Origin: an uncultured delta proteobacterium | Lineage (GTDB): Bacteria > Myxococcota > Myxococcia > Myxococcales > Myxococcaceae | Length of the DNA: 64,000 bases | Reading direction: 5' to 3' | NCBI GenBank assembly: GCA_963776345.1 | Contig: CAVZMH010000007.1 | Location: 1 to 64,000 of the forward strand | Shown: piece by piece, positions 20,291 to 30,200 of the stretch | Numbering within the stretch: the first letter of the stretch is position 1 | Layout of the letters: each line of letters opens with the position of its first letter | Program-made: the position numbers and the translations under genes | The notes under the pieces: model-generated | The model's database searches: none | What the model saw: only the letters and a program-made list of their open reading frames with translations | What the model was told of the DNA's origin: nothing

Positions 20291-21867
20291 GCCCCGGCGA
20301 TTCGGCCCGCGGCGTGGGTCAGCGTGCGCAGCCGTGCGGCCGCCTCCCGGATGTCCTCCCGGCCCTCGAGCTCCTCCACGGTGCAGTCGAGCCGGTAGGC
20401 CCAGTTGGCGTCCCCCACCGAGCCCGGGAGGTTGATGCGCTCCGTCTCGCCGAGCACGTCCTGCCAGGGCAGCACGCACAGGCACGAGGCTGCGTGCTCG
20501 GCGGTGGCGAGGAGCCGGAGGTGGACCTCGGCCGTGAACTCGGCCGGTGGGGGCCTGAGCCCCTCGAACTCGGGCCAGACCCCGGCGGCGGCGAGGCGCT
20601 CGGCGTCGTCGCGCGTCTCCCACCACTCGCGCAGCGTCTCGGTGTCGTGGGTGCCGGTGGTGACCAGCGACACCTCGGGGAACCGGTGCGGATCGCGGAA
20701 GACGCGGTCGTCCTTCTCCCAGCGGAGCACCCGGTAGCCGGGGATCTTCAGATCCGCCAGCGTCTTCCTCACGAACGGGGGAATCACCCCCAGGTCTTCG
20801 GCCACGATGCCGCTCCCCTCCGAGAGCAGCCGGAAGATGCGCTCGCCCAGCCCCTGCTGCACCGGCTCGTCGGCCGGCAGGAAGCGCCCCTTCGGCGTCT
20901 TCGCGTCTCGGATGTACTGGCGGAAGTAGCCCACCGCGTGGTCCACCCGGCGCAGGTCGTAGTCCGCGGCGGCGTGAAGGGCCCGGAGCCGGAGCCAGCC
21001 CCAGTCGTCCTTCTCCATCGCCTCGAAGTCGAAGTAGGGGAGGCCCCAGTCCTGCCCGGTGTCCGAGAACTCGTCCGGGGGGACGCCGAGCCGGGCGTCG
21101 CAGCGGAGGTAGCGCGGGTTGGCCCAGGTGTCGGCGCTGTCCTGGCCGATGATGAAGGGCTCGTCACCGGCCAGCAGCACGCCGTGCGCCCGGGCCACCG
21201 CCCGGACTCCGTTCCATTGCTCCTGGGCCACGAACTGGAGCCAGGCGTGGAACCGGACCCGGTTGGCCAGCCGCTCGGCAACCGCCGAGAGCGCCTGGGG
21301 CTGCCGCTCGCGGATGTCCGGGGCCCACTCCCACCAGGGGCGCTGCTCCTGGTCCTCGGCCATGGCCGCGTAGAGGGCGTAGCTGTCGAGCCACACCGCG
21401 CTCTGCTTCCGGTAGGCCTCGAAGCGGCCGCCCGGGTCGGTGCCCCGCTCCTCGAAGCGGCGGAACGCGGTCCACAGCGCGGCCCACTTCACCCGGAATA
21501 CCGAGGGGTACTTCACCCGGTGCGCCGCCCGGGCCTCCTCCAGGAGCCACCGCTCCTCGTCCGAGAGGGTCGACACGCCGCCCGCCTCCCGGTACTCGGA
21601 GAGCGAGTCGAGATGGATGAACAGCGGATTCAGGCCGAAGGCGCTCCGGGTCGCGTAGGGGCTCACGTCCCCGCGCGCGGTGGGGAGCAGCGGGAGCAGC
21701 ATCCACAGCCGCTGCCCGGCGCCGCGGAGGAAGCGGAGCCACGCCTCGGCCGCGCCGAAGTCGCCGATGCCGAAGTCGTCGCGGCTGCGGAGCGAGAACA
21801 GGGGAAGCAGCACGCCCGAGACGCGACCGGTGTCGAAGCTGGTCGCCCGAATCTGCACCCGATGCAC
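20287..21867 (-). CDS. malQ: 4-alpha-glucanotransferase (amylomaltase, GH77)
   Basis: [48 protein letters not shown] and TGTHDT. Confidence 0.93.
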   Translation of the reverse strand: MHRVQIRATSFDTGRVSGVLLPLFSLRSRDDFGIGDFGAAEAWLRFLRGAGQRLWMLLPLLPTARGDVSPYATRSAFGLNPLFIHLDSLSEYREAGGVSTLSDEERWLLEEARAAHRVKYPSVFRVKWAALWTAFRRFEERGTDPGGRFEAYRKQSAVWLDSYALYAAMAEDQEQRPWWEWAPDIRERQPQALSAVAERLANRVRFHAWLQFVAQEQWNGVRAVARAHGVLLAGDEPFIIGQDSADTWANPRYLRCDARLGVPPDEFSDTGQDWGLPYFDFEAMEKDDWGWLRLRALHAAADYDLRRVDHAVGYFRQYIRDAKTPKGRFLPADEPVQQGLGERIFRLLSEGSGIVAEDLGVIPPFVRKTLADLKIPGYRVLRWEKDDRVFRDPHRFPEVSLVTTGTHDTETLREWWETRDDAERLAAAGVWPEFEGLRPPPAEFTAEVHLRLLATAEHAASCLCVLPWQDVLGETERINLPGSVGDANWAYRLDCTVEELEGREDIREAAARLRTLTHAAGRIAGA

Positions 21868-21914
21868 CTCGACGCAATCGACCCCGCGACGGAGAGCAGG
21901 CCGTGCCCTGGACG

Positions 21915-22523
21915 GTGAACATAGCCGGGCCTCCGGGAAATCCGCTGCCTCATTCCTTCTACCAGCGGCCCGCGCGAGTGGTGGCGCGCGCGCTCCTGGG
22001 CAAGCTGCTGGTCCACGAGGGGCGGAGCGGGCGAATCGTGGAGACCGAGGCGTACGTCGGCGAGCACGACCTGGCCTGCCACGCCTCCCGGGGGCGGACC
22101 GCGCGCACGTCCATCCTCTGGGGGCCGCCCGGTCGGGCCTACGTGTACTTCATCTACGGGATGCACTGGTGCTTCAACGCCGTCACCGGACGGGAGGGGC
22201 GGGCGGCGGCGGTGCTGGTCCGGGGGCTCGAGCCGGTGGCCGGCTTCGACGGGCCGGTGCGACTCGACGGCCCGGGGCGCCTGTGCCGGGCGCTGGGCAT
22301 CACCGGGGCCCAGAACGGGGCGGACCTCGCCGCCTCCGGGTTGCGCATCCTGGACGCGCCGGCGGTCCCCGCCCGGGACGTCGCCCGGGGGCCGCGCATC
22401 GGCGTGGACTACGCCGACGCGTGGGCGGAGACCCCCCTCCGGTTCTGGGTCCTGCGGAGCCCGGGGGTGAGCCGGGGCCGCCCCTCGCGGCGGCGAGGTC
22501 GGCCGCGCTCCGCCGGGCGGTGA
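21915..22523 (+). CDS. mpg: DNA-3-methyladenine glycosylase (AAG/MPG family)
   Basis: [42 protein letters not shown] and GPRIGV. The start is uncertain (21903 or 21915). Confidence 0.92.
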   Translation: MNIAGPPGNPLPHSFYQRPARVVARALLGKLLVHEGRSGRIVETEAYVGEHDLACHASRGRTARTSILWGPPGRAYVYFIYGMHWCFNAVTGREGRAAAVLVRGLEPVAGFDGPVRLDGPGRLCRALGITGAQNGADLAASGLRILDAPAVPARDVARGPRIGVDYADAWAETPLRFWVLRSPGVSRGRPSRRRGRPRSAGR

Positions 22524-22561
22524 TAGACCTCAGGGGGCCGCACCTCTCCCGGGAGTTCCCC

Positions 22562-23749
22562 GTGCGCCTGCGCCCCAGCCTGGTCCCCGTCCTCTGCGCG
22601 CTCGCGCTGCTGGGCTGCGAGCGGAGGCGCGCGCCGGCTGCGACCGGCGCGGGGACGTCCGCCGCCGTCCCCGCGCAGCCGGGCACGGGCCCGCTCCTGA
22701 TCGGGGCAGTGGGCGCGCTCACCGGGCCCGAGGCCCACTTCGGGCTCGAGACCCAGAACGGCGTGCAGCTCGCGGTGGAGGAGGTCAACGCCGCCGGCGG
22801 CGTCCAGGGCCGGCTCCTGGCGCTCCGCTCCTACGACTCCCAGTCCCGCCCCGAGGAGGCGGCGAACGCCATGACCCGGCTGGTCAGCCAGGACCGGGTC
22901 CTCTTCGTGGTCGGCGAGAACGCGAGCAGCAACACCCTGGCCATGGCCCCGGCGGCGGCCATGGGCGAGGTGCCGCTCATCTCGCCCTCGTCCACCAACC
23001 CCCGCGTCACCACCGAGGGAGGCCCGTACGTCTTCCGGGTGTGCTTCACCGACACCTTCCAGGGGCAGCTCCTGGCCCGCTACGCCCGCGAGACGATGAG
23101 GGCCGAGCGGGTGGCGATGCTGGTCGATCAGAAGAGCGACTACGCGGTGGGCCTGGCCAGGGTGTTCGCCGCGCGATTCGGCGCGCTGGGGGGGAAGATC
23201 GTCTCCGAGCAGGCCTATGCCAAGGGCGACACCGATTTCCGGGGTCAGCTCACCCGCGCGAAGTCGGCCCGCCCCGAGGTGCTGTTCATCCCCGGCTACT
23301 ACAGCGACGTGGGGCCGCTGGCGCGCCAGGCCCGCGAGCTGGGGATGCGCGCCACGCTGCTCGGTGGCGACGGGTGGGATTCGGGCGAGCGGCTCGGGCA
23401 GCTCGGCGGCGAGGCGGTGGAGGGCGCGCTCTACTCGACGCACTTCGCGGCCGACAACCCCGGGAGCCGGGTGCAGGACTTCCTCGCTCGCTACAAGGCG
23501 CGCTTCGGGCACGTGCCGGACGCGCTGGGGGCCCTCGGCTACGACGCGGCCCGGGTGGGCATCGACGCGCTCCGGCGTTCCGGCGGCACGGGCGGGCCGA
23601 TGCTCCGCGAGCAGATCGCCCGGACGCGGGACTTCGACGGCATCACCGGGCGCATCACGCTGGGCCCCGGCCGCGACGCGGTGAAGCCCGCGGTCATCGT
23701 CAGGCTGGTGAAGGGCGAGCCGACCTTCGCCGCCGAGGTGGCGCCCTAA
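22562..23749 (+). CDS. Branched-chain amino acid ABC-type substrate-binding lipoprotein (LivJ/K-like); no permease in the window
   Basis: Lipobox LLGC, LTGPEAHFG, SPSSTNPRVT, YVFRVCFTD, GDTDFRGQL and GGDGW. The start is 22520 or 22562. Confidence 0.88.
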   Translation: MRLRPSLVPVLCALALLGCERRRAPAATGAGTSAAVPAQPGTGPLLIGAVGALTGPEAHFGLETQNGVQLAVEEVNAAGGVQGRLLALRSYDSQSRPEEAANAMTRLVSQDRVLFVVGENASSNTLAMAPAAAMGEVPLISPSSTNPRVTTEGGPYVFRVCFTDTFQGQLLARYARETMRAERVAMLVDQKSDYAVGLARVFAARFGALGGKIVSEQAYAKGDTDFRGQLTRAKSARPEVLFIPGYYSDVGPLARQARELGMRATLLGGDGWDSGERLGQLGGEAVEGALYSTHFAADNPGSRVQDFLARYKARFGHVPDALGALGYDAARVGIDALRRSGGTGGPMLREQIARTRDFDGITGRITLGPGRDAVKPAVIVRLVKGEPTFAAEVAP

Positions 23750-23810
23750 CGTCGAGGGTCCGAGCCCCGCTTGACCTCCGCGCTCCCCCCTGACAGACGT
23801 GGGGATCCCC

Positions 23811-24410
23811 ATGACGGACACCACCGTCCAGGACGACCGCACTCTCCTGGCCCGCGCGCAGGGCGGGGACATGTCCGCCTTCGAGGCGCTGGTGGACCGC
23901 CACGAGGACAAGGTCTACGGCCTGGCGCTGCGGATGACCCGCAGCGAGGCGGACGCGGCGGAGGTCACCCAGGACACCTTCCTCTCCGCCTACCAGCACC
24001 TGGCCGAGTTCCGCGGCGAGGCCGCCTTCGGCAGCTGGGTGCACCGCATCGCGGCCAACAACGCGCTGATGCGGCTGCGGCGGCAGCGAGTCCTGGACAT
24101 CGTCGGCGAGGACCTCGCCGGGCCCGAGTTCACCGAACGGGGCAACCTCGCCGAGTCCCCGGAGACCGACTGGAGCCGCCGGGCCGACGACAAGATCCTC
24201 GACGAGGAGCTCGGGCGGGCCATCCAGGGGGCGACCGACGCCCTCCCGGAGGGGTACCGGGAGGTGTTCCTCCTGAAGGACGTGGAGGGGCTTTCCTACG
24301 AGGAGATCTCCGAGATGGTGGGCATTTCCATACCCGCGGTGAAGAGTCGACTCCACAGGGCCCGGCTTGCGCTCCGCGAAGCGATCGACGCCTTCTACAA
24401 AGAAGTGTGA
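23811..24410 (+). CDS. ECF RNA polymerase sigma factor
   Basis: Region 2 (DAAEVTQDTFL...FRGEAAFGSWVHRIAAN) and region 4 (LPEGYREVFLLKDVEGLSYEEI...VKSRLHRAR). Confidence 0.93.
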   Translation: MTDTTVQDDRTLLARAQGGDMSAFEALVDRHEDKVYGLALRMTRSEADAAEVTQDTFLSAYQHLAEFRGEAAFGSWVHRIAANNALMRLRRQRVLDIVGEDLAGPEFTERGNLAESPETDWSRRADDKILDEELGRAIQGATDALPEGYREVFLLKDVEGLSYEEISEMVGISIPAVKSRLHRARLALREAIDAFYKEV

Positions 24411-24458
24411 AACCGGGCCTCGTCCCGAGCATCATTGGGGCTGACACGCCGGTCACCC

Positions 24459-24695
24459 ATGTTCAACTGCAAGGACTCCATCGACGCGCTGCTGCCGTTC
24501 CTGGACGGTGAGATGTCGCCCGAGGAGGAGGAGCACCTCAAGGCGCACCTCAATGGCTGCCCGCCGTGCGTGGAGTTCGTTCGCACCTACCGCGCCACCT
24601 CGGGGCTGTGCCGCAAGGCGCTGGTGAAGTCGATGCCGCCCGAGGTCGCGGGCCGGCTGCGGGCGTTCCTCCGCAGCAAGCTCGAGACGAAGTGA
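24459..24695 (+). CDS. Soluble zinc-binding anti-sigma factor (zf-HC2/ZAS)
   Basis: MFNC...FLDGE...HLNGCPPC (HxxxCxxC); no TM helix; immediately downstream of the ECF gene. Confidence 0.88.
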   Translation: MFNCKDSIDALLPFLDGEMSPEEEEHLKAHLNGCPPCVEFVRTYRATSGLCRKALVKSMPPEVAGRLRAFLRSKLETK

Positions 24696-25771
24696 ACCTC
24701 CGGGGGATGGAGCTCGCGGACCTCTTCCGCGCGCTCGCTCCGCTGCAGCCCTCGCCGCTCGCGGTGCGCAAGCTGTTCGCCCGCGTGCACGCGCACGGCG
24801 CCGAGACCGTGGAGGACCTCCGCGCGACGCCTCAGGTTCCGCGTGCCGTCCGCGACGCGGTGCTGGCCCGGGCCGAGCTGCCCTCGCTGGAGATCGTCGA
24901 GCGCCGGCGCGCCGACGATGGGTTCGTGAAGTACCTCTTCGAGTCTCCGCTCGGCGGCCGGGTGGAGGCGGTCCGCATCCCGCTCTTCGACACCAAGTAC
25001 GTGGTGTGCGTCTCGAGCCAGGTGGGCTGCGCGCTCGCCTGCGACTTCTGCGCGACCGGCCGGATGGGCTTCCGGCGGAACCTCCTCACCTGGGAGATCC
25101 TCGAGCAGGTCCGGCTGATCCGCGCCGAGGCCGACCGGAGGCTCTCCGGGGTGGTCTTCATGGGGATGGGCGAGCCGCTGCTCAACCCCGCCGAGGTGCT
25201 GCGGGCCGCGCGCATCCTCGCCCACCCGGCCGGGTACGCCATCTCCGGGAAGGCCATCACCCTGTCCACCGCGGGCTGGGTCCCGGCCATCGACCGCTAC
25301 GTCCGCGAGGGCCACCCCTACCGCCTGGCCTTCAGCGTGACCTCCGCCATCCCCGAGAAGCGGGCCCGTCTGATGCCGGTGGAGCGCACGCATCCCCTGC
25401 CCGAGCTGGTGCGCGCCATCCGGGACTACGCCCGCGTTCGCCGCGAGCGGGCGATGGTGGCCTACGTCTGTATCCGGGGCCTCAACATGGGCCGGGAGGA
25501 CGCCGAGGCCCTGCGGGATGCCTTCGCCGGGGTGCCGATCAAGCTCGACCTCATCGAGGTGACCGACCCGACCGGCCGGTACCAGCCCCCGGATGTCAGG
25601 GAGCTCGAGGGGTTCAGGACGCAGCTGCAGATCCTCGGGGCCCCGGTGGTGCGCCGGTACTCCGGGGGGAAGGACATCGGCGCGGCGTGCGGGACGCTCG
25701 AAGCCTCCTCGTATGGGGGGACGCTGCTCCCCCCGCCAGCGGCCGGTCCCCGGGTCGTGCACCCTGGGTAA
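24692..25771 (+). CDS. RlmN/Cfr-family radical SAM methyltransferase (divergent paralog)
   Basis: VCVSSQVGCALACDFCATG, VFMGMGEP and DIGAACG. GTGA overlap with the anti-sigma gene. Confidence 0.85.
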   Translation: MNLRGMELADLFRALAPLQPSPLAVRKLFARVHAHGAETVEDLRATPQVPRAVRDAVLARAELPSLEIVERRRADDGFVKYLFESPLGGRVEAVRIPLFDTKYVVCVSSQVGCALACDFCATGRMGFRRNLLTWEILEQVRLIRAEADRRLSGVVFMGMGEPLLNPAEVLRAARILAHPAGYAISGKAITLSTAGWVPAIDRYVREGHPYRLAFSVTSAIPEKRARLMPVERTHPLPELVRAIRDYARVRRERAMVAYVCIRGLNMGREDAEALRDAFAGVPIKLDLIEVTDPTGRYQPPDVRELEGFRTQLQILGAPVVRRYSGGKDIGAACGTLEASSYGGTLLPPPAAGPRVVHPG

Positions 25772-25901
25772 ATTACGACACCGCGTCGGGGAATGACACC
25801 GGGCCTGATTTTCTACACTTCCAACTTTCCAGGGTCAGTGGCAGAGTCCCGCGCCCAACACCGCAATTTTTCGCCGGTCCTCGCCGACCCAGGGGCCATC
25901 G

Positions 25902-27182
25902 ATGTCGCAGCAGCGGAAGGCCACGCGTGCCGCGCCGGAACACGGAATTTCCCGCCCCCATCCCAATCAGCGGACCCAGAAGTCTTCCTCCCGCCCGCTT
26001 CCTGAACGCACGGCTCCCGCGATCACCCGCGAGGCCCCGTGGTTCGCCTTCAACGCCTCGTCCGTTCCGCTGAACCCGGACGGTCCCGCGCTCGGTCCCA
26101 ACCGGTTCCTGCTCGGAGCCAACGTGCCGTGGGTGCACTACGGCGTGGACATCGGCACCTCCTCCGGGCGGCCCGAGGGCGGGCTTCACGCCCACGCCGA
26201 GGACGCGGCCCTCCTCCGCCAGGTGTTCGAGCGGCTCCGCGCCGACGGCGTGCAGACCGCGCGCTTCTTTCTCCTCGCTGACGGCCGCGCCGGCGTCCGC
26301 TTCGCCGAGGACGGCACACCCGAGGCGCTCGACGGCTCGGTCTTCCCCGACATCGACGTGGTGCTCGAGGCGGCACGCACCGCCGGCGTCGGGCTGATCC
26401 TGGTCCTGCTCGACGCGGGCTGGATCGCTCCGGCGAGCACGGTCGAGGGCTGCACGGTGCGGGGACACGCCGACACCATCCGCGACCCCGTGAAGCGCAC
26501 CGCCCTGATCGAGCGCGTGCTCCGGCCCATCCTGATCCGCTGCGCGGACCACCCGGCCGTCGTGGCCTGGGAGCTCCTCGGCGGTGCCGACGTGGGCGTG
26601 GCCGGGCTCGGCCCCGCGCTGCCTCCCCGCCGCGGCCTGCTCGGGTCGCTGCGCCGGTGGCTGGGCGCCGCCGCCGAACCGCCCGAGCTGGCCTCCCAAG
26701 TCTCCTTCGAGGAGATGCGGGCCTTCCTCTGTGACGCGGTGACGCTGGTGCGCCGCCACACCCGCGCGCTGGCCACGGCGGGCGTGTCGCGATGGAGCAG
26801 CCTGCCGCTGGTGCGCGGCGTCGGGCTCGACGTCTACAGCGTGGCCTGGCCCGCGGACGAGGCCGAGCTGCGGCGCGCGGTCTCGGACCTGCGGCTCGAC
26901 CGGCCGCTGCTCCTGAACTCGTTCCCCGGCAACCATCCGCGGAAGAGCATCAAGACCATGCTCGACACCGCGCGCTGCGCCGGATACGGCGGCGCGTTCG
27001 TCTGGTCGGTGCTCCGGCACGACGCGGCGTCGGGGTACGACGGCCAGGTCCCCCAGTGGGCCCGGAACCACGTCGGCCACCTGCACCGCCGGGACGGCGT
27101 GGCCCCGCCTCCGCTGGACACCGAGCCGCGCGAGCAGCCCGCCGAGGCTCCGGCGACCCCGCCGCTCGCGATCCAGCGCTGA
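25902..27182 (+). CDS. GH5/clan GH-A-like TIM-barrel protein, probably catalytically inactive
   Basis: FLLGANVPW..YGVDIG, RFFLLADGRAG, HPAVVAWE and GYGGAFVWS. The expected NEP and GEF sites read GGA and NSF. Confidence 0.6.
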   Translation: MSQQRKATRAAPEHGISRPHPNQRTQKSSSRPLPERTAPAITREAPWFAFNASSVPLNPDGPALGPNRFLLGANVPWVHYGVDIGTSSGRPEGGLHAHAEDAALLRQVFERLRADGVQTARFFLLADGRAGVRFAEDGTPEALDGSVFPDIDVVLEAARTAGVGLILVLLDAGWIAPASTVEGCTVRGHADTIRDPVKRTALIERVLRPILIRCADHPAVVAWELLGGADVGVAGLGPALPPRRGLLGSLRRWLGAAAEPPELASQVSFEEMRAFLCDAVTLVRRHTRALATAGVSRWSSLPLVRGVGLDVYSVAWPADEAELRRAVSDLRLDRPLLLNSFPGNHPRKSIKTMLDTARCAGYGGAFVWSVLRHDAASGYDGQVPQWARNHVGHLHRRDGVAPPPLDTEPREQPAEAPATPPLAIQR

Positions 27183-27275
27183 GCCCGATCGACCGGCGCC
27201 GCTGCGCCGGTCCGCAGGCGTCCCCCGGTGCGGGGGGCTGAGCCCGATCGACCGGCGCCGCTGCGCTGGGCTCAG
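27178..27275. repeat. Two exact 30-bp direct repeats (59-bp period) with embedded hairpins between convergent genes
   Basis: GCTGAGCCCGATCGACCGGCGCCGCTGCGC occurs at 27178-27207 and 27237-27266. Hairpins are GACCGGCGC-cgct-GCGCCGGTC and CCCCCG-gtg-CGGGGG. Confidence 0.85.
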
Positions 27276-30200
27276 GCCTCCGCGCTGTCCAGCCACAGCT
27301 CGTCGAAGCGGACCTGCGGCGGCGTCGAGTGCAGCCGGAGCCCCTGCACCCTGGGGCTCGCCGCCGCGTAGATGCGCTCGTGGTACAGCGGGATGACCGG
27401 GCACTCCTGGGTCACGATCCGCTCGGCCGACCGGTAGAGCGCCATCCGCAGCTCGGGATCGATGCTCACCCGCGCCTCGGTGGTGAGCCGGTCCAGCTCG
27501 GCGCTCCGGAAGCCCACACCGAACACGGTCTGCGCGCCCGAGTTCAGGAGGAAGTGGAGGAAGTTGTCCGCATCCGGGTAGTCGGCGATCCACCCGGCGC
27601 GGAAGGCGGGGAGGCGCCCGTCGCGCGCGCGCTGCCAGAACTCCGTGGGGTCGATCTCGACGTGCGAGAGCTCCACCAGGCCGGCCTCGGCCAGCGGGCG
27701 GAAGAGCACCGCGTCCTCGGCCTCGGTGTTGCGCCCGGGAGGGTAGGCGAGCTCGAGCCGGAGCCGCCCCGCGCCCGCCTCGCGCAGGAGCTGCCGCGCC
27801 AGGGCCACGTTGGTCCTCGGGGGCGGGGGCAGCTCGCCGGTGAGGAGCGAGGGCGGGGTCAGGGTGGAGGCCACCCGCGCCCCGGGATGGAACCGCTCCA
27901 CCATCCCCGCCACGTCGAGCCCGGCACGGATGCCGAGGCGCACCCGCGCGTCGTCGAACGGCGGGGTGCGCACCTGGAAGCCCATGAACCAGCACGAGGG
28001 CTGGCTGCCGGCGATGACCTGCTGCGGGTCCACCCCCGCGTCGCGGACGTGCTCGGCATAGAGGCCGGAGACCACGTCCAGCTCGCCGGCGCGCAGCCGC
28101 TCCAGCGCGGTCTTCCGGTCGGGGTGGAAGACGAACTCCAGCCGGTCCACGAACGGGCGCTCGGGCCGGAAGTACGCCGGGTGCCGCTCCAGCACCACGC
28201 CGCTCGCGTCGATGGTCACCGGCCGGTACGGTCCCGCGCCGAGGAATTTCCCGCTCGGGGACGTCCGCGTCACCAGCGTCGCCGGCAGCGTGACCAGGTG
28301 GAGGAAGAAGGCCTTGGGTTCGTCGAGCCGGATCTCCAGCGTGACCTCGTCGAGGACCTCGAAGCCGGAGACCTCGCGCGTCCGGCCGGCGAGGTAGTCG
28401 CGCGCGCCCTCCACCTCCTTGAAGATCCACTGGTCCGGCGAGTCCACCTTCGGGTCGAGGAGCCGCTCGAAGTGGCGCTTCACGTCCGGGGCCCGGAGCG
28501 GCACGCCGTCGTGGAAGGTGAGCCCCGGGCGGAGGAAGAACCGATAGCTCCGGGCTCCCGGCGCCGCTTCCCAGCGCTCGGCGAGCTCGGGGACCATCAC
28601 CCCGTCCTCCTGGCGCAGGAGCCCCGCGTACATGCTCGCGCCGATCTCCACCATCTGGTTGTCGAGGGTGAAGAGCGGATCCAGCCCGCGGGTGGAGGCG
28701 AACATCGACGACTGGTGGATGCCGACCTTGAGCGTCCCGCCGCGCCGGGGCTCGGGGAGCCGGAACCGGAACACCTCGGCCTGGAGGCTCGCCGCCTCGC
28801 GCGAGAGCTGATCGACGCTCCGGCTGAGCCCGTCGCCGATCCGGAGCACCGTCTGCGCATCGGCGCGGACCTGGCCGACATCCTCGGAGATGGCTGCGTC
28901 GCCCCGCGTGAGCACCGCGTGCGCGGCGCGGATTTCTTGCAGCGCATCGGTGAGGCGCCGGACGGCGTCGCTCAGCGCCCGGCCGGTGCGGGCCTGACCC
29001 TCCGCCTTCGCCGAGGCGCCCTGGGCCAGGCGGGCCATCTCCTGCGTCTGGCGGACCAGCTCCCGGCCCGCCTCGGCCTGCTCCACCGATGCCCGGGTGA
29101 GCTCGACGACGCGGTTGGCGACGCGGGTCGAGGCCTGCACCACGTGCGAGCCCTGCGCCTCGAGACGCACCGTCTCGGCCACCGTCGCCTCGACCGCGGC
29201 GAAGGTCCGCTGGGTGGTGGCGCGGATCTCCTTGAGCGACGACGCCGCGCGATCGCCCAGCACCACGCCGGCGGTGGCGCGCTCGCGCCCCTCCTGGACG
29301 TGGAGCACGGCGGCGTCCACCTGTCCGCGGGTCTGCCGGACGATGGCGGCGATCTCCCGGGTGCTGCGCGCGGTGCGCTCGGCGAGGGAGCGGATCTCCT
29401 CGGCGACCACTCCGAAGGCCAGGCCTTGCTCCCCGGCCTGGGCGGCGATGATCGCCGCGTTCAGCGAGAGGAGGTTGGTCTGGTCGGCCACCTCCTGGAT
29501 GACGTCGACGATGCGGCCGATCTCCTGGCTCCGGTGCCCCAGCGCCTCGACGATCTCCGCCGCTCGGCGGATCGACTCCTCCACCCGGTACATGCCCTGC
29601 ACCGAGTCGTTCACCAGCGCCTCGCCACGCTCGGCGGTGCTGGTGACCACCCGGGCCAGGTCGCCGGTCTCGCCGGCGCGCCGGCGCACGGCGTCGATCC
29701 CCTCCTCCACCGAGGTCACGAACGCCGCCGCCTCGCTGGCGAAGCGGGCCAGCACGTCGCCGCTGCTGGCCACTGCGGAGAGGCCCTCGCTCATGATCTG
29801 CACCCGCTCGGTGGTGCGCAGCGCGAACCCGTCCAGCGTGCCCAGCGCCGTGGCGACCTGCTCGATGCGCGCGGTCATCTCCGCCAGCGCGGCGGTGGTC
29901 TCCTCGGCGAAGGCCTGGAGTTGAAGGAGCCGCTGCCCGGCGACCTGGAGCGAGCTGCCCATCCCCTCCACCGAGCCCAGTGAGCGGTCCACCGCCGCGC
30001 CCTGGCGGCGCGCCGCCTCGAGCAGGGCCTGCGACTGCTCGCCCACGCCCTTCCCGGTGCGCTGGAGGTTGGCGGTCACCCGCTGCACCTGGAACAGCGC
30101 GCGGCGGAGCGAGAGGATCAGCCGCCGCACGTCCTCCTGGCTCTCGCCGGCGGTGACCTGGGTGGCGAGGTTGCCGCTGGCCAGCTGGGCGATGATCCGC

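Noticed and set aside
27178..27266. Mini CRISPR array
   Set aside because: Only two repeats, no cas genes or AT-rich leader, and the first repeat overlaps a stop codon. Kept as a plain repeat.
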